Positions 47,475-59,200 of a stretch of 64,000 nucleotides of DNA are shown one piece after another. The notes beneath the pieces are model-generated. The model worked only from the letters and a program-made list of their open reading frames with translations, was not told where the DNA came from and did not search any database. The first letter of the stretch is position 1, and every line of letters starts with the position of its first letter. Both the position numbers and the translations under genes were made by a program. The stretch covers positions 1 to 64,000 of the IMG/VR virus record IMGVR_UViG_3300033753_000334. One strand, 5' to 3'. Source of the stretch: a virus.

Positions 47475-50400
47475 ATGGTGGGAAATGTGCAACCGGTATC
47501 AGACGAATTTAGAGAGCTTATCAAGAAGCATGTCAAAGTTGGCCCGCATGAAATGCCTGTGTGTATTGTAGAGGTTGACAGGATGGCATTTATCCCCGGC
47601 TGTACTGAGGAGATACAGTACCTGGTCGGCGATCCAAACGTAAAAACGATACAGGATAGTGATATTGTGGGCGATGGTGAAACGGTACCTACTGATGAAA
47701 TTGTATTCCCGGTAAAAGGGAAAGGAATAGGAGATGTTGGTTCAAAGTTTGGCAATCGGTTCCACCCAAGAGATAAAATATGGAAGAAACATACAGGAGT
47801 AGATATTCCGGCACCGCAAGGGACTCCTATTTTATCTGCATGGGGCGGTGTAGTGAGACAGGCCGGACCTGTAAATGGGTACGGAAACATGGTCACTCTC
47901 GATCATGGAAATGGATATTATACTCGTTATGCTCACATGTGTAATGGATGTATCGAAGTGAATGTCGGTGATACGGTAAATGCAGGACAAAAAATTGGAT
48001 CTGTAGGGAGTACAGGAAAAACTACCGGGCCACATTTGCATTTTGAAGTGCTTCAAGGTGGAATGAACAAAAACTATGCTGTTGATCCAATGCCATTTTT
48101 GCAAAAGAAAAAAACAATTCCTACTTCCGTCAAAAATGAAGGTACAGGAGTAGAAACAGGAGAGCCGAAAAAAGTAAAGGTTGGTGAGAAAGCGTTCTCG
48201 GTTACATTCGTTTCTAATAAATGGGAGAACATGCCGCAGCTAAAATACCCGTCTAGCAAGACAGATGGATACTACAAAGGGATAAATCCAGCTGTTACAG
48301 GAATTCCGGTTCTTTATTTTGAATTCGACCCTGCTAAAGAAAAGGGAGCGGGTGTGAATCCTTCAATAAGCCGCGTGCTGATTTTGAAACTTCATTTGGA
48401 GAAAAATGCGCTGCTTGATGTATCATTTCTAACAAACTTCGCTTCGGATTCAGGAGATTCTTTCTCTATCATGGTTAATGGAGTAACGAAAGTAGACTTG
48501 CGGAAATTCAAGCCGGGAGCAACTTTAGATCGGCTTTCGGACATTGTTTTGCCGGAAGGCGATGTCGAAGTCCAGTTTGTTGTGTACTGGAACAGAGCGG
48601 CTCATCCTAATGATAAGGTAGTGAGACGCTTTGGCTTTCGAACGATCAATGTACATTATATAGATGAAATCATTGACCCCGGCGACCCAGAATCAGGTGA
48701 TCCGTCTCTCATTGCACGATCATTATCCAGTGCATTTAATCCCACACGGCGGGAGAAAGTATCGTTACCTGTAGGAACATTCATTCCGATGGAGACGATT
48801 CGCCTCGATAACGTCAAAGAGGTGGAGATAGACGATAAGTTCGAGATGGAAGCAGCAGAAGCGCGGATTATCCTGTCAAACCCTAAAGGTTTTTATTCAC
48901 CAACATACGACCCCGGACAATTTCCTGAATTAAAAGGGAAAACACCATTTTCATATATCGCTAACGGTTTTCATATCAATGTACTGTCTGAAAATACTCC
49001 TATTCGTATCTATATGGGATACGGCCCGCATACGATTCGCATGTTTACTGGATTAGTTGATAAAGTGGACAGCAACAGCGAAGAAGAAACGATTACGATA
49101 AATTGTCGAAACATGTACAAGCGGTTGATCGAAAAAGTGATTCCAGAAGATTTGGAGTATGGATATTCATCAAGTGACGCGGTGATAGCAGCGGTTGCTT
49201 CTGCGTTAAATGATGGGACGGATGTAGATTCCTTGCCACGGTTGAAGAAAATTATCTACTACGCTCAAAAATGGGCTAAGCATTTTGAGGTAGATCCTAT
49301 CGTCATATTAGCTGTTGCACGAAAAGAAACGGCGTTAGGTACAGCCGGGGCTGGTCGGGAAGAAAGTGGTGATTATATTTGTGGATTTGGGGTGTTGGGA
49401 CCGAACAAGAAATTGGAGAAGTACAAAGGGATTGAAGCGCAATGTAAAGCAGTAGCCGAAAGAATGAAAAAAGTGTGCGGTACAGGGCAAGTAGATCGTG
49501 AGTACATTTATCGATTATGGTTATCTTACAAAAATGGTGACAACACATGGACACCGCAGGTATGGCAGTTCTACCAGGAGATGAAAGGTGATACTCAGTT
49601 CACAGAAGCGGTGTTTAAAGCTGATGCGGTTCCACCTCCTAACCAAACGCCGAAACAGGAAAAATCAAGAGATGAGATCGAAGCAAGTTCTTCATACTGG
49701 TTGAAGTCTGCTATTCTACAAGACTTGATTCGTGTAGGCGGCCTTGTCGGTTGGAGAAGTCAATATGAAGATCGATTGTATCCGGATTCCATCATCGAAG
49801 AAACATACTATATCGATGTAAAACCGGAAAAGCGAATGGTGGTCAAAGCAAACCCGGCAGAAAACGGAGAATACACGTTTTCGGAAGTACCGCTTTCCAA
49901 TATCAAGACGATTGACGGCTGGAAAAACGGATTGTATCAACTCCCCATTACATTTGCAGCTTTCAAACATAAAGTGAACGAGTGCATCCGAGAAATTACG
50001 AAGGATACGAATTACCGGACATGGTGCGACCGTTACGGAACGTTTAGAGCAGAGCCGGTTGAGTACGATTCGCCAGTAGTTGAACGATTTTCTGATACCG
50101 AAAATCTGTGCATCGTAAACTCATCTATCGACTATTCACGCGCTCGTTCGCATGTCATTGTGGTTGGTGATGATGAAGAAGGAAAAGCCCGACATTGCAT
50201 TGATCCTGAATTGTTACTTGAACTTAAAGGGGAGATTCGTAGTGCGGTAGTGGAGGTTCCGTGGGCAAAAACGGATGAGCAAAAGGATGAAGTAGCACGG
50301 CGGATATTTTGGGATATGAAACGTATGTGCCGGACCCTACAAGTCTCGGTCCCAGCCCACCCACATCTTGATGTGCTGGACTGTATTCATATTTCTGATT

Positions 50401-50564
50401 TACGGACATGTACACGTGGGGAATTCACTATCAAAGGAATCCATACTGTGTTCAAAGAAAGTGGAGAATTTATGCAGACGCTGGATCTAACATGGATGGA
50501 AACGAGCGAGATGATTACAAATAAAAGTGTGCATATGATTTCGACTGAACCAAAGCAGGCGTAA
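47475..50564 (+). CDS. Tail hub/tail-associated lysin with M23 peptidase and lysozyme-like domains
   Basis: HTGVDI, YAHM and GPHLHFEV (M23); AVARKET (lysozyme-like); hub motif FTGLVD. Confidence 0.85.
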   Translation: MVGNVQPVSDEFRELIKKHVKVGPHEMPVCIVEVDRMAFIPGCTEEIQYLVGDPNVKTIQDSDIVGDGETVPTDEIVFPVKGKGIGDVGSKFGNRFHPRDKIWKKHTGVDIPAPQGTPILSAWGGVVRQAGPVNGYGNMVTLDHGNGYYTRYAHMCNGCIEVNVGDTVNAGQKIGSVGSTGKTTGPHLHFEVLQGGMNKNYAVDPMPFLQKKKTIPTSVKNEGTGVETGEPKKVKVGEKAFSVTFVSNKWENMPQLKYPSSKTDGYYKGINPAVTGIPVLYFEFDPAKEKGAGVNPSISRVLILKLHLEKNALLDVSFLTNFASDSGDSFSIMVNGVTKVDLRKFKPGATLDRLSDIVLPEGDVEVQFVVYWNRAAHPNDKVVRRFGFRTINVHYIDEIIDPGDPESGDPSLIARSLSSAFNPTRREKVSLPVGTFIPMETIRLDNVKEVEIDDKFEMEAAEARIILSNPKGFYSPTYDPGQFPELKGKTPFSYIANGFHINVLSENTPIRIYMGYGPHTIRMFTGLVDKVDSNSEEETITINCRNMYKRLIEKVIPEDLEYGYSSSDAVIAAVASALNDGTDVDSLPRLKKIIYYAQKWAKHFEVDPIVILAVARKETALGTAGAGREESGDYICGFGVLGPNKKLEKYKGIEAQCKAVAERMKKVCGTGQVDREYIYRLWLSYKNGDNTWTPQVWQFYQEMKGDTQFTEAVFKADAVPPPNQTPKQEKSRDEIEASSSYWLKSAILQDLIRVGGLVGWRSQYEDRLYPDSIIEETYYIDVKPEKRMVVKANPAENGEYTFSEVPLSNIKTIDGWKNGLYQLPITFAAFKHKVNECIREITKDTNYRTWCDRYGTFRAEPVEYDSPVVERFSDTENLCIVNSSIDYSRARSHVIVVGDDEEGKARHCIDPELLLELKGEIRSAVVEVPWAKTDEQKDEVARRIFWDMKRMCRTLQVSVPAHPHLDVLDCIHISDLRTCTRGEFTIKGIHTVFKESGEFMQTLDLTWMETSEMITNKSVHMISTEPKQA

Positions 50565-50600
50565 ACGAGCGTCTGCTTTTTTGACTATTCTACGAGTGAG

Positions 50601-51074
50601 GTGGAGCGCATGTCCGGTGTTGTCAATGATTATCTTATTTATCCAATTCTGGATTTAATTAAAGCAGGAGTGCAAAACTCATCAGGTGGCATTATCGAAA
50701 GCGAGCGAGAAACCAATGATGATTTTGATCCGTTTACAGGAATTCCTTCGATTGAGTTAATTCGGAATCATCCTGATGACTGGTCGAAAACATTTTTGAC
50801 ACGCGTGATTCAAACCTATGAGACGGGATATGTGGTTGAAGTAGGACTTATTTATGGGGATAATGCCACTTCTTCACAGGACAAATGGAGATTAAACGCG
50901 GTAACAGCAAGTCTAACGGATGATGAAGGAGAATTGCTGTTATTGTATCATATCACCTTGCATTATGGTAGAGAGCGAAACGAGCTAGAAAGAACAGAAG
51001 TTGAGTGTCTATACGATCCAGAATATGTGGAGGACGAAGAGTACGAGGGGGGCGAAAATGATGAAGAAGATTAA
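50601..51074 (+). CDS. Hypothetical tail protein
   Basis: Position, RBS. Confidence 0.65.
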   Translation: MERMSGVVNDYLIYPILDLIKAGVQNSSGGIIESERETNDDFDPFTGIPSIELIRNHPDDWSKTFLTRVIQTYETGYVVEVGLIYGDNATSSQDKWRLNAVTASLTDDEGELLLLYHITLHYGRERNELERTEVECLYDPEYVEDEEYEGGENDEED

Positions 51075-51468
51075 TCATATGTCCAGTCCGTTTGCTGTAT
51101 CGCATGTCGCAGGTGGGCGTTTAGATTGGCCGTTCTTTCCTTCTAAGATGCGTCCTTTTATCAAAGGTTTCAATCTTTCTGTTCCAGGCATTGAGGAAGT
51201 CTGTGAAATGACTTATGAACCTCCAATGGATGCAGAACTACTATGTGTAGCGGTCGGAGCCAGTAAGTACAATCCGGATGATAACTGGAATGTAGAAATC
51301 AATGGGGAACGTTTTATAGAAACAATTTATACAAAAGATTTACCTGAAGGCATGTACCTTATGGTAGTAAAGCCGCTTAGCGCAGGAGATGAAATGAAGT
51401 TTATTTTTGACAATCAGAGTGGTGAGCCAAAAGAAGTCTGGTTCAATTATCAGTTTTTGATCGATTAG
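51058..51468 (+). CDS. Hypothetical tail protein
   Basis: Coupled ORF; F.N.SG..K.VWFNYQFL. Confidence 0.7.
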   Translation: MMKKINHMSSPFAVSHVAGGRLDWPFFPSKMRPFIKGFNLSVPGIEEVCEMTYEPPMDAELLCVAVGASKYNPDDNWNVEINGERFIETIYTKDLPEGMYLMVVKPLSAGDEMKFIFDNQSGEPKEVWFNYQFLID

Positions 51469-51476
51469 GAGACGTT

Positions 51477-52775
51477 ATGGAGAGATGGATTGATTTTTAT
51501 GCAGAGGACAAAGATTTTGCGGATAAGTTGGCAGAACGACTCATTCCGTTTGGATGGAAAGTGCATGTCTTTTGTCAGGCTGTCTTTGATTTTGACGTAG
51601 AAGATCCACCTGAAGAAGCGGAGATTCAGGTTGCCCATCACTATATTTTTGAGAATGTGGCAGGGGCATTGGGTGGATTGGCGTTTACCGGAAAAGAAAT
51701 GATAACGATACCGAAGACGGTACAAGGAAGTACGGATGTAAAGCAACTGAAAAAGATTTGTGCGAGAACGGTAAGGCACGATTTCGATTGGTATTGTTAT
51801 ATGTTGGATGAACTCGTTCATGTCGAAGAAAATGTAATTCTTATTCAATCGCATGATTTGCTTGTTCAGGCTTTGGATGCGAAGAAATTGGGTGGGCGGA
51901 GACAGTCCTACATTCCTAAAATCCAGTACCGGGATATTGAAAGGATTCAAACTGTTCAAACGTATAATAGGGCATATAAGGTAGTAGATACCAAAACGAA
52001 TTGGTGGCCAGATAGTCAGATGCGGGTGGTTGGGAATTGCTCGGATTTACATTTTTTTGTTGTGATTCAATATGATACATCCCCACTATGGACCGGAATG
52101 CATTTTCCATATGTGCCGTTATTCTTTGGGCATTTTGTTTTGCAAAGTAAAGAGAAACTTCCCAGTAATTTTAATGGAAATGTGGCTTTGTTTACTGGAT
52201 CCTGTAAGAGGGAGACTGATTTACCCGTTGTTCCGGGAGGGTATGTTTTTAAGCCGGATCGTGGGGATGGGGTGAATAATATCATCGTTAGAAAAGATAT
52301 TGAAGGGTATTATTATAAAGCGCATTATTTGATGGAAGGCGCTATACCGGATACAGCACCTCCCTACAATACAATTGAATTCAATGAATATCGGAAGTTA
52401 ATTTATCACGAGGCTTACTCCTATCATTTCGAGGCAAATCCTTCGAAGTACGATGATTATGTACAAACGTCACCTTATTACATTTTTGAAAAAGATAAGG
52501 GGGTGTATGGATACTTACCTGATGTTGTAGCTATATCATCTACTGTATCTATGACGAATGAGTACAACTTAGTGACAGATATTCATTGCGGCGAGTCTCT
52601 ATTTGATCGGGGGATATATGAGTATCGTGTTATAGATGCCCCTACTTCCCCATTTGTTGCAAAATATAGGAGGTATCGATGTGGACCGCTTGATCCTATA
52701 AATGGAAAGTTTGCAGGAGCGGGATTGTTGAAAAAAGGAAAGAGCTTTGTTTCGCGAAGTGATATGACTATGTAA
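51477..52775 (+). CDS. Tail/baseplate protein, paralog 1
   Basis: KTNWWPDS, PLFFG and NPSKY motifs shared with the next two ORFs. Confidence 0.7.
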   Translation: MERWIDFYAEDKDFADKLAERLIPFGWKVHVFCQAVFDFDVEDPPEEAEIQVAHHYIFENVAGALGGLAFTGKEMITIPKTVQGSTDVKQLKKICARTVRHDFDWYCYMLDELVHVEENVILIQSHDLLVQALDAKKLGGRRQSYIPKIQYRDIERIQTVQTYNRAYKVVDTKTNWWPDSQMRVVGNCSDLHFFVVIQYDTSPLWTGMHFPYVPLFFGHFVLQSKEKLPSNFNGNVALFTGSCKRETDLPVVPGGYVFKPDRGDGVNNIIVRKDIEGYYYKAHYLMEGAIPDTAPPYNTIEFNEYRKLIYHEAYSYHFEANPSKYDDYVQTSPYYIFEKDKGVYGYLPDVVAISSTVSMTNEYNLVTDIHCGESLFDRGIYEYRVIDAPTSPFVAKYRRYRCGPLDPINGKFAGAGLLKKGKSFVSRSDMTM

Positions 52776-52788
52776 GGAGAGGATATGT

Positions 52789-54384
52789 ATGCCGCATATT
52801 GATACAAGCATATTGCAAGAAGATCAAAGGTTGAAAGAGCCATATTTTCAGGAGAGGTTTGCTAATCTAATCACAGGATACACAGATAGCACATGGGAGA
52901 TTGAAAGGGTATTTTATAAAGCAGTGTATGATTCGTCCGCTTTGCACGAAGAGATTTTACAAATGAAACCTGACTCTGTGCCGGAGCCGCAATCGCTTGT
53001 TGATGTAGCTGTGGCAAGACACTATGTATTTAAAAACGAAAATCTTCCAAAAGCTTTCTTTGGGGTAGTAGTGGTTGGATCGCTATGTCTAGAGTATGAA
53101 CAGCTAAAAAAGGATGGGAAGTTACCCAAAAATGATCAGCAAAGTGCAGAAACAGCAGCATTTTTAGAACTGATTCAAGAAAAGATTGATAAACTAGAGC
53201 CTTCACCGACAGACGATCCGCCGAAAGTAACGAAGTTCTATGATGCTTCTACCCTGTACTTTTACACTTGTGAGTATATGCCATCCATTCAGGACGGCGA
53301 ATGGCGCATTATGCCGTGGGATAACTGGAGATACGGAACGGTAGATGAAGTGGACCGCCGAACCATGAATAACGCAGCGGTTGATATCGAAGTGTGGAAA
53401 ACAAAATACAACGAGAATGCTGATTTTATTATTCAAGAGCCGGAAACCTATTGTGTGCAGTCGCCAATTGTAAAAGCGGTGCTGCGGTGGGCGGAATTAC
53501 CGCTTGAGCGCAGATATAACCCTTCCTATAAAGTAGAGGATACGAAAACAAACTGGTGGTATGATTCGGAGATTCGACTTACAGGATTTATCGACAATTA
53601 CAGTATGTTCTTCTCGTTGCAGGCGGATAACACACCAGCCTGGGAAGATAATGTTGTGCCGAAGATTCCACTTTACTTCGGGGCATTTGAGCCGTTGAAA
53701 AAAGAGGATGAGACAGGAAATAAAGTAGATTCCGAGCCACTAGGAGAAGTTACTGTCTTATTCGCAGGGACGATGCCCCAAGTAGGAAAAAGCTCAACCG
53801 CTCAATTTGAGAATATCTCTAAATATGATTTTGACAATTATGATAAACAATATGTGACACCACCGATGTTTCCTATTCTCAAAAACTACACCCGCCATCC
53901 TGGTAATGGCATAAATAATTGCATTGTTCGAAAAGATAAAGCGGGCGGAAGGTATGAAGGATATTACCTTTCATGGGATGCAGTGCCGAATGATATGCCA
54001 CCGAAACGTACCGGAAAGTACAGCACGGAATTTAGTGGAGAATTTGAACGTGACTATCCGCGAGCATGGCAGAATCATATGAATCCAGCTTATAACTACG
54101 AACATACACCTTCGCGATATACAGAACGCGCCCATGTTTCTAAGATTTATATCGACCATCCCGAATCAGGGAAGCGCGGGGCGCTTCGTCATGCAATTGG
54201 ATTTGTTCCGATTGGAAAAGTGGCGGCCAGGATTCGATTAGAGAAAGAACCATGTGCAGCGACTACTTCAGGGAATAAATATGATTACTTTAAAATGCAT
54301 GTGTTCGATGGATTATCTCCACTTACAGCCCGGCCAGGGACACCTTTTAGACCTGTTGGGGTAGGAATTAAGGATACGGAATAG
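52789..54384 (+). CDS. Tail/baseplate protein, paralog 2
   Basis: KTNWWYDS, PLYFG, TPSRY. Confidence 0.7.
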   Translation: MPHIDTSILQEDQRLKEPYFQERFANLITGYTDSTWEIERVFYKAVYDSSALHEEILQMKPDSVPEPQSLVDVAVARHYVFKNENLPKAFFGVVVVGSLCLEYEQLKKDGKLPKNDQQSAETAAFLELIQEKIDKLEPSPTDDPPKVTKFYDASTLYFYTCEYMPSIQDGEWRIMPWDNWRYGTVDEVDRRTMNNAAVDIEVWKTKYNENADFIIQEPETYCVQSPIVKAVLRWAELPLERRYNPSYKVEDTKTNWWYDSEIRLTGFIDNYSMFFSLQADNTPAWEDNVVPKIPLYFGAFEPLKKEDETGNKVDSEPLGEVTVLFAGTMPQVGKSSTAQFENISKYDFDNYDKQYVTPPMFPILKNYTRHPGNGINNCIVRKDKAGGRYEGYYLSWDAVPNDMPPKRTGKYSTEFSGEFERDYPRAWQNHMNPAYNYEHTPSRYTERAHVSKIYIDHPESGKRGALRHAIGFVPIGKVAARIRLEKEPCAATTSGNKYDYFKMHVFDGLSPLTARPGTPFRPVGVGIKDTE

Positions 54385-54407
54385 AAAAAGAGCGGGGTGA
54401 GTAAAAG

Positions 54408-56204
54408 ATGTTTGTAAAAGAGAAGTTTCTAGTACAACTTCTTCCAGAAAGCCTAGAAAAGTTGTTCAATGATTGGGGATGGGAGACGATTTTCCGTTAT
54501 AAAATTCATTTTGATTCACAGCCGAATGTGAAGTCAAAAGATTATGCTAGGATTCTTTTCTTCCGTTCAACCGGATCGGATGGAGTGATTCGTCATTTTG
54601 GAATGGTTCAGTCGCATGGAAGAGAAGATTTGCCTGCGCTGGGTGGGGAAGAGATTATTTCCCATACCTCTCCGTTAGGAACTATTACAAGAGCGATAGA
54701 TAATACGGATACCCCATTGGTTGATAAATTTTTTCTGCCTGTCTATCCAATAACTACGCCGTATGTCAAAGTGTTTAATGACGCGGGGGTTCCTCTTAAT
54801 CCGAATGAATACAGTATAGAAAATGAAGAAGACGGGAAGCGCGGGATTATTACCATTGTGTCTGGAACAGAAAATTATAAGGTGACATATGGGATTCACC
54901 CCGATGCACCAGATGTTCCGCGTAAAACATTGTTCTTCCTGTTTGATGAAGTAATTTTGAAAAGGGTAGATAAAGCGACTCAAAAGAATTTTGAAGAGGT
55001 AATGTTCAATCCTAAACAGTCGCATCGTTATGATGTCGATTTAAAGGCTGCACAGGCATTTAATCCAGATAACGGATACGAAACATTTGAAGCCATTTTA
55101 AATTCCTTCTTAATGGACGACCCCGATGACCCGGATTCGATGTATTTTATACGTATCCTTAACCCCTCGTTTCCATCCACCGCTACATATATCGATAAAT
55201 ACGAAGCTGGGTGGGGACGTGATACTGAAATTACGATATGGGGAAATATTACAAAGAATCGTATTGCGCTGAATCTGCGTGTTGACCCTGCGCCGGGACC
55301 GGAAAAAGCCTTCTTTGTGCCACTCTATATCGGTAAACTCATCACGATGGGGAAATGGCCACAGCTGAACAGCGTGTTGATTTCGGGAACAACGGAAAAA
55401 GACGAGGTGAGGGTGACATCACAATCGGCAGGGTTAACGCCAGATAAACTATCTAAACGTGATAATGCCCCGACTGTCAAAGTAATTAAAGAACAAGCAG
55501 GCGTATTGGATCATGGTGCGTGGGGATCAAATGGTAATGATAGTGTCATGCTTCATCGAACGATTGGTGGAGCAAATTATCAGCGGCATGTTCTTCAATT
55601 TATTACGTTTGATGATAAGGCAGCTCCAGATCCAGAGCACAAATATAACCCATCTGCCTATACCGATAGATACCATGTCTCTCCTATGGCTATTGCGCAC
55701 TGCAATGACGGAACAATTGGCGTATTGGATGAAGTGTATGCCGTTCATCCTAAAAACATTGGGCAGAGTGAAGAAGTCGAAATTGTCGAAGATGTGCACA
55801 ACGAGATGATCAGTATTGGAGACGGTATAACGGATGTTTTCCATCTTCGTCATGCGCCGAAAGATGGGACATTAAAATTGCGACTGGGCACGATGCCGGG
55901 GCAGGATCAATGTATCGACGTTCTGGAAGATGAATACATCATTTATGAAGAAGAAGGATTGAAGCCGGATGGTTCTCCGAATCCGAATAAGGATAAAGAA
56001 CAGAAAATGGTAAAGATCATTAGGAAAGAGAAAATACCGAAAAAAGGACAAGTTCTGTATGCGGATTACCAGTTCGAACAGACATATGTATTTAACCTGC
56101 CAACGACACCAATTACACCGTTCCGTCTGCCAGATGTAACGCCATACGCTCCAATTGGGTGGGGATTGCTAAAATCGAATACGAAATTTACACCAACGTC
56201 ATGA
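54408..56204 (+). CDS. Tail/baseplate protein, paralog 3
   Basis: PLYIG, SNGNDSV, NPSAY. Confidence 0.7.
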   Translation: MFVKEKFLVQLLPESLEKLFNDWGWETIFRYKIHFDSQPNVKSKDYARILFFRSTGSDGVIRHFGMVQSHGREDLPALGGEEIISHTSPLGTITRAIDNTDTPLVDKFFLPVYPITTPYVKVFNDAGVPLNPNEYSIENEEDGKRGIITIVSGTENYKVTYGIHPDAPDVPRKTLFFLFDEVILKRVDKATQKNFEEVMFNPKQSHRYDVDLKAAQAFNPDNGYETFEAILNSFLMDDPDDPDSMYFIRILNPSFPSTATYIDKYEAGWGRDTEITIWGNITKNRIALNLRVDPAPGPEKAFFVPLYIGKLITMGKWPQLNSVLISGTTEKDEVRVTSQSAGLTPDKLSKRDNAPTVKVIKEQAGVLDHGAWGSNGNDSVMLHRTIGGANYQRHVLQFITFDDKAAPDPEHKYNPSAYTDRYHVSPMAIAHCNDGTIGVLDEVYAVHPKNIGQSEEVEIVEDVHNEMISIGDGITDVFHLRHAPKDGTLKLRLGTMPGQDQCIDVLEDEYIIYEEEGLKPDGSPNPNKDKEQKMVKIIRKEKIPKKGQVLYADYQFEQTYVFNLPTTPITPFRLPDVTPYAPIGWGLLKSNTKFTPTS

Positions 56205-56221
56205 TATAGGAGGGGAAGTCA

Positions 56222-59200
56222 GTGCAAAAGAAAAAACAATATCTTTTCCAGGCTTCTCCTTTTTCTTTAATCCAGTTATCATACCTCATTCAATTTACCC
56301 CGCTAGTGGGTGGAGCAGAAAGCTACAAAGTCGAAGTGGATATAAACAATCGATATGAAGCGATAGAGAATAAAAAAATGTATACCACAGTGAAACGGAA
56401 AAGGTCAAAAATATCTGAAATGTTGGATTCAAGGATGAAAGTGCGGAAAAGAGCGAAGCGCATGATAGAGCATGAAATAAATCATGCCCAGTTCCCCGAA
56501 CTTATTCTGGATGGAGTTATTTCTGATGGCATTCCTATTAAAAGTGTGTCTACACGCGAAGGGATTGTAAGCAAGGATATTCATATTTCCTCTAAAGACC
56601 AAGAAGCATGCACGGCTATATTTGAAGACGGACCAGATACGAGAAGAAGAATAACGCACGGATGGGAACAAGTGAAAGAAGTAAGCGGAGAGAAAAAAGA
56701 ATTTCAAGAAGGAGATTTACACAAGAGCACTTCTTTCGTGCCTGTTGAGTATAAAAATGGGATTCAGCCTGTAAGTTTGATTCCTGCCAATGCTTACAAA
56801 AAATACGAAGAAGCTTTTTTGAAACAGGTGCAAGATAGTGCAATTCGTATGGAAAAGAACGGTTTAGAAAAACAATTGTTGGATGTACATAAATGGGATA
56901 GACGCAATGGAATTTTATTTGATATGCATGATTCAAAAACCCCTAGTGCTAATGTAGGAATGCTGCCATCTATATTTTGGATGCAGGAAAATAGAAAAAT
57001 AGATGGTCATCTCCCTCTTATCACCATCAGTAAGTGCAACATAGAGAAGGCAGAGATGCCAAACAAGCCGGATATGTTGATTCCTAGCCAAGATATGCAA
57101 GTAACTATGCGAGAAATAATAAGTATGATATCGCACGACAAAGAAGGTATGCAGCAGGAGACTAACTTTTTAACTAGACGTGATTTGGATACAGGGATGT
57201 TAAATAGAATAGTGGACAGTGCAGAAATGGCTGCTTTTGGTCAGAAGATGAAGGAAGAGCAGATCCAAAAAGAACGAATACTGCATGTTTTAATGAATAA
57301 CGCCAGTTTAGCTAGGGTAAGTGAGCAAGAAATATATCAATTACAAGAAGGGAATTCAGCTAATTTCTATGTTGAAAAAGATGGTGTGGTAAGTAGACCT
57401 GCCGATTTCACCTTAGGCTTAAATACAGGGTATCAAAGTAACAAAGTACACCAATTAGATCAAGATAAGGATATAGGAGAGACAATGTTATATGGTGAAG
57501 AAGAAAGCCGCGCAACTATATTGAATATGCTCTCATATGAGGATGTTTTTACAGGCAAGACGAATATCGAAGTAAATGCGAATGAGAAACAGGTGACGAG
57601 CTTGAATACAATGCCCGTAACTTTGATTGTTGTATCAGATGGCGCGGAAGGTCATTTGTTTTCAGAGAGCGATGGGGCGATAGAGCGTGAATATGAAGGA
57701 ATAAGAACAGATATATCAGGCAGTACGGTTGAAGGGGATAGCGGGGGAAAGGACGATACAAGGGATGCTTTTCTTGTTCACGCTCAGGTAGACGGAAAGT
57801 TGACCATTCCATTCGCTATTACAGCGAAAGAAAATGAAGTAAAAGCAAGCAAAGATGTAATGGATTCAGTCGTCAGTAATAATACTGAATTTGAAAAATT
57901 AATGCTGCATGCGAACGAATCACCTAAATTTTTGGCAGGTACTTTTTATACGGATATTGAAGCATCTATAGACAAAATGGGTAGCGGAGATGCGCGTTTT
58001 AAGCATGCCATAGAGCCATATTTTGAGGATAATGGACGGATAAAAAATGAAACATATGGGTGGCACGAGGATAAAGTAGGTTCAGGAATAGCGGTTGAGA
58101 AGCTATCTATAGAGACGAGAAGGGATGCGACTTCTGTAGAACCTATATTATTAGATTTAATAGTAGAAAGTAAACATAAGACGGTGGAACAAAACGTCAT
58201 CCTTGCTGATTCCAATACGACGGAACAGGTTTATAAGGATCATACGCTCATTGATTCCTTTGGTTCTCAACAAACACAAGGAAAAATAGTAACAATAATC
58301 GATTCTATGCAAAAGGGAACGGAAGAAGTAAGCGATAAGGGTGAAACATTGGAGTCTATTGTCGAAAGTCCTATTATTGCTTTAGAAGCTACAGTACTTG
58401 ATTCAAACGAAAATAAAAATAAAGTAACCTTTACGGATCACACGTCCATAGATTCTGCAACATCCTATCAATCCGAAGTTCATATAGGACAACAGATTGA
58501 AGCTATTGATACCAAGCAGCAGCAATTCACTCTACAAAAAGAAGTTGAAGGTAGTGTACATAGCCTAGAGGATGGAACCTCTGTTATTACATTTGCCATT
58601 CATCCAAGTGATCAAGAGGAAGCTAACGTACATCATGAAATGGTTGGGGAGCAAGAAGGCGCAGAGGAAGTAAGAAATAAGGCTATAGTAGATAACTCGA
58701 TGCTACATGTAGAAGTTATACAGCCAGATCATCGAATTCATGATATGGTACAGACACGAACGGATGCTATTGAAATTGTGGATGTAGTTAGTGATATGGC
58801 ACAAGACAACAGAGTTGATAAAGATTATACATTTGATGCATTGGATACTGAGTTGTTCACGGGGGATAAAAAAGTAATGATTGCCCTGAAAGATAAGAGC
58901 GAACAAAACGCCAAGGGAATAGAACAGGAAATAGAGTCAATAGGGAATAAGAATGTAGTAATATCGTACCGCATGTCATTACCAAGTGCCTTTCATGAAC
59001 CCGCATCAGCATCATTCGGTCTCCCTGCTGCAACGATGTTGTTTGAACAGAATCAAGGAAAGGCTCAATTTGATTTTCTTGGTGTATCTAACGTTTTGGA
59101 TTCAAGTCAAATCACTTCTTTGTTTGATAGTATGATGACGCAGATAAAGCAAGTAAGCATACAGTCACAACTATTTGATGTAATTATCAATAATGATGAA

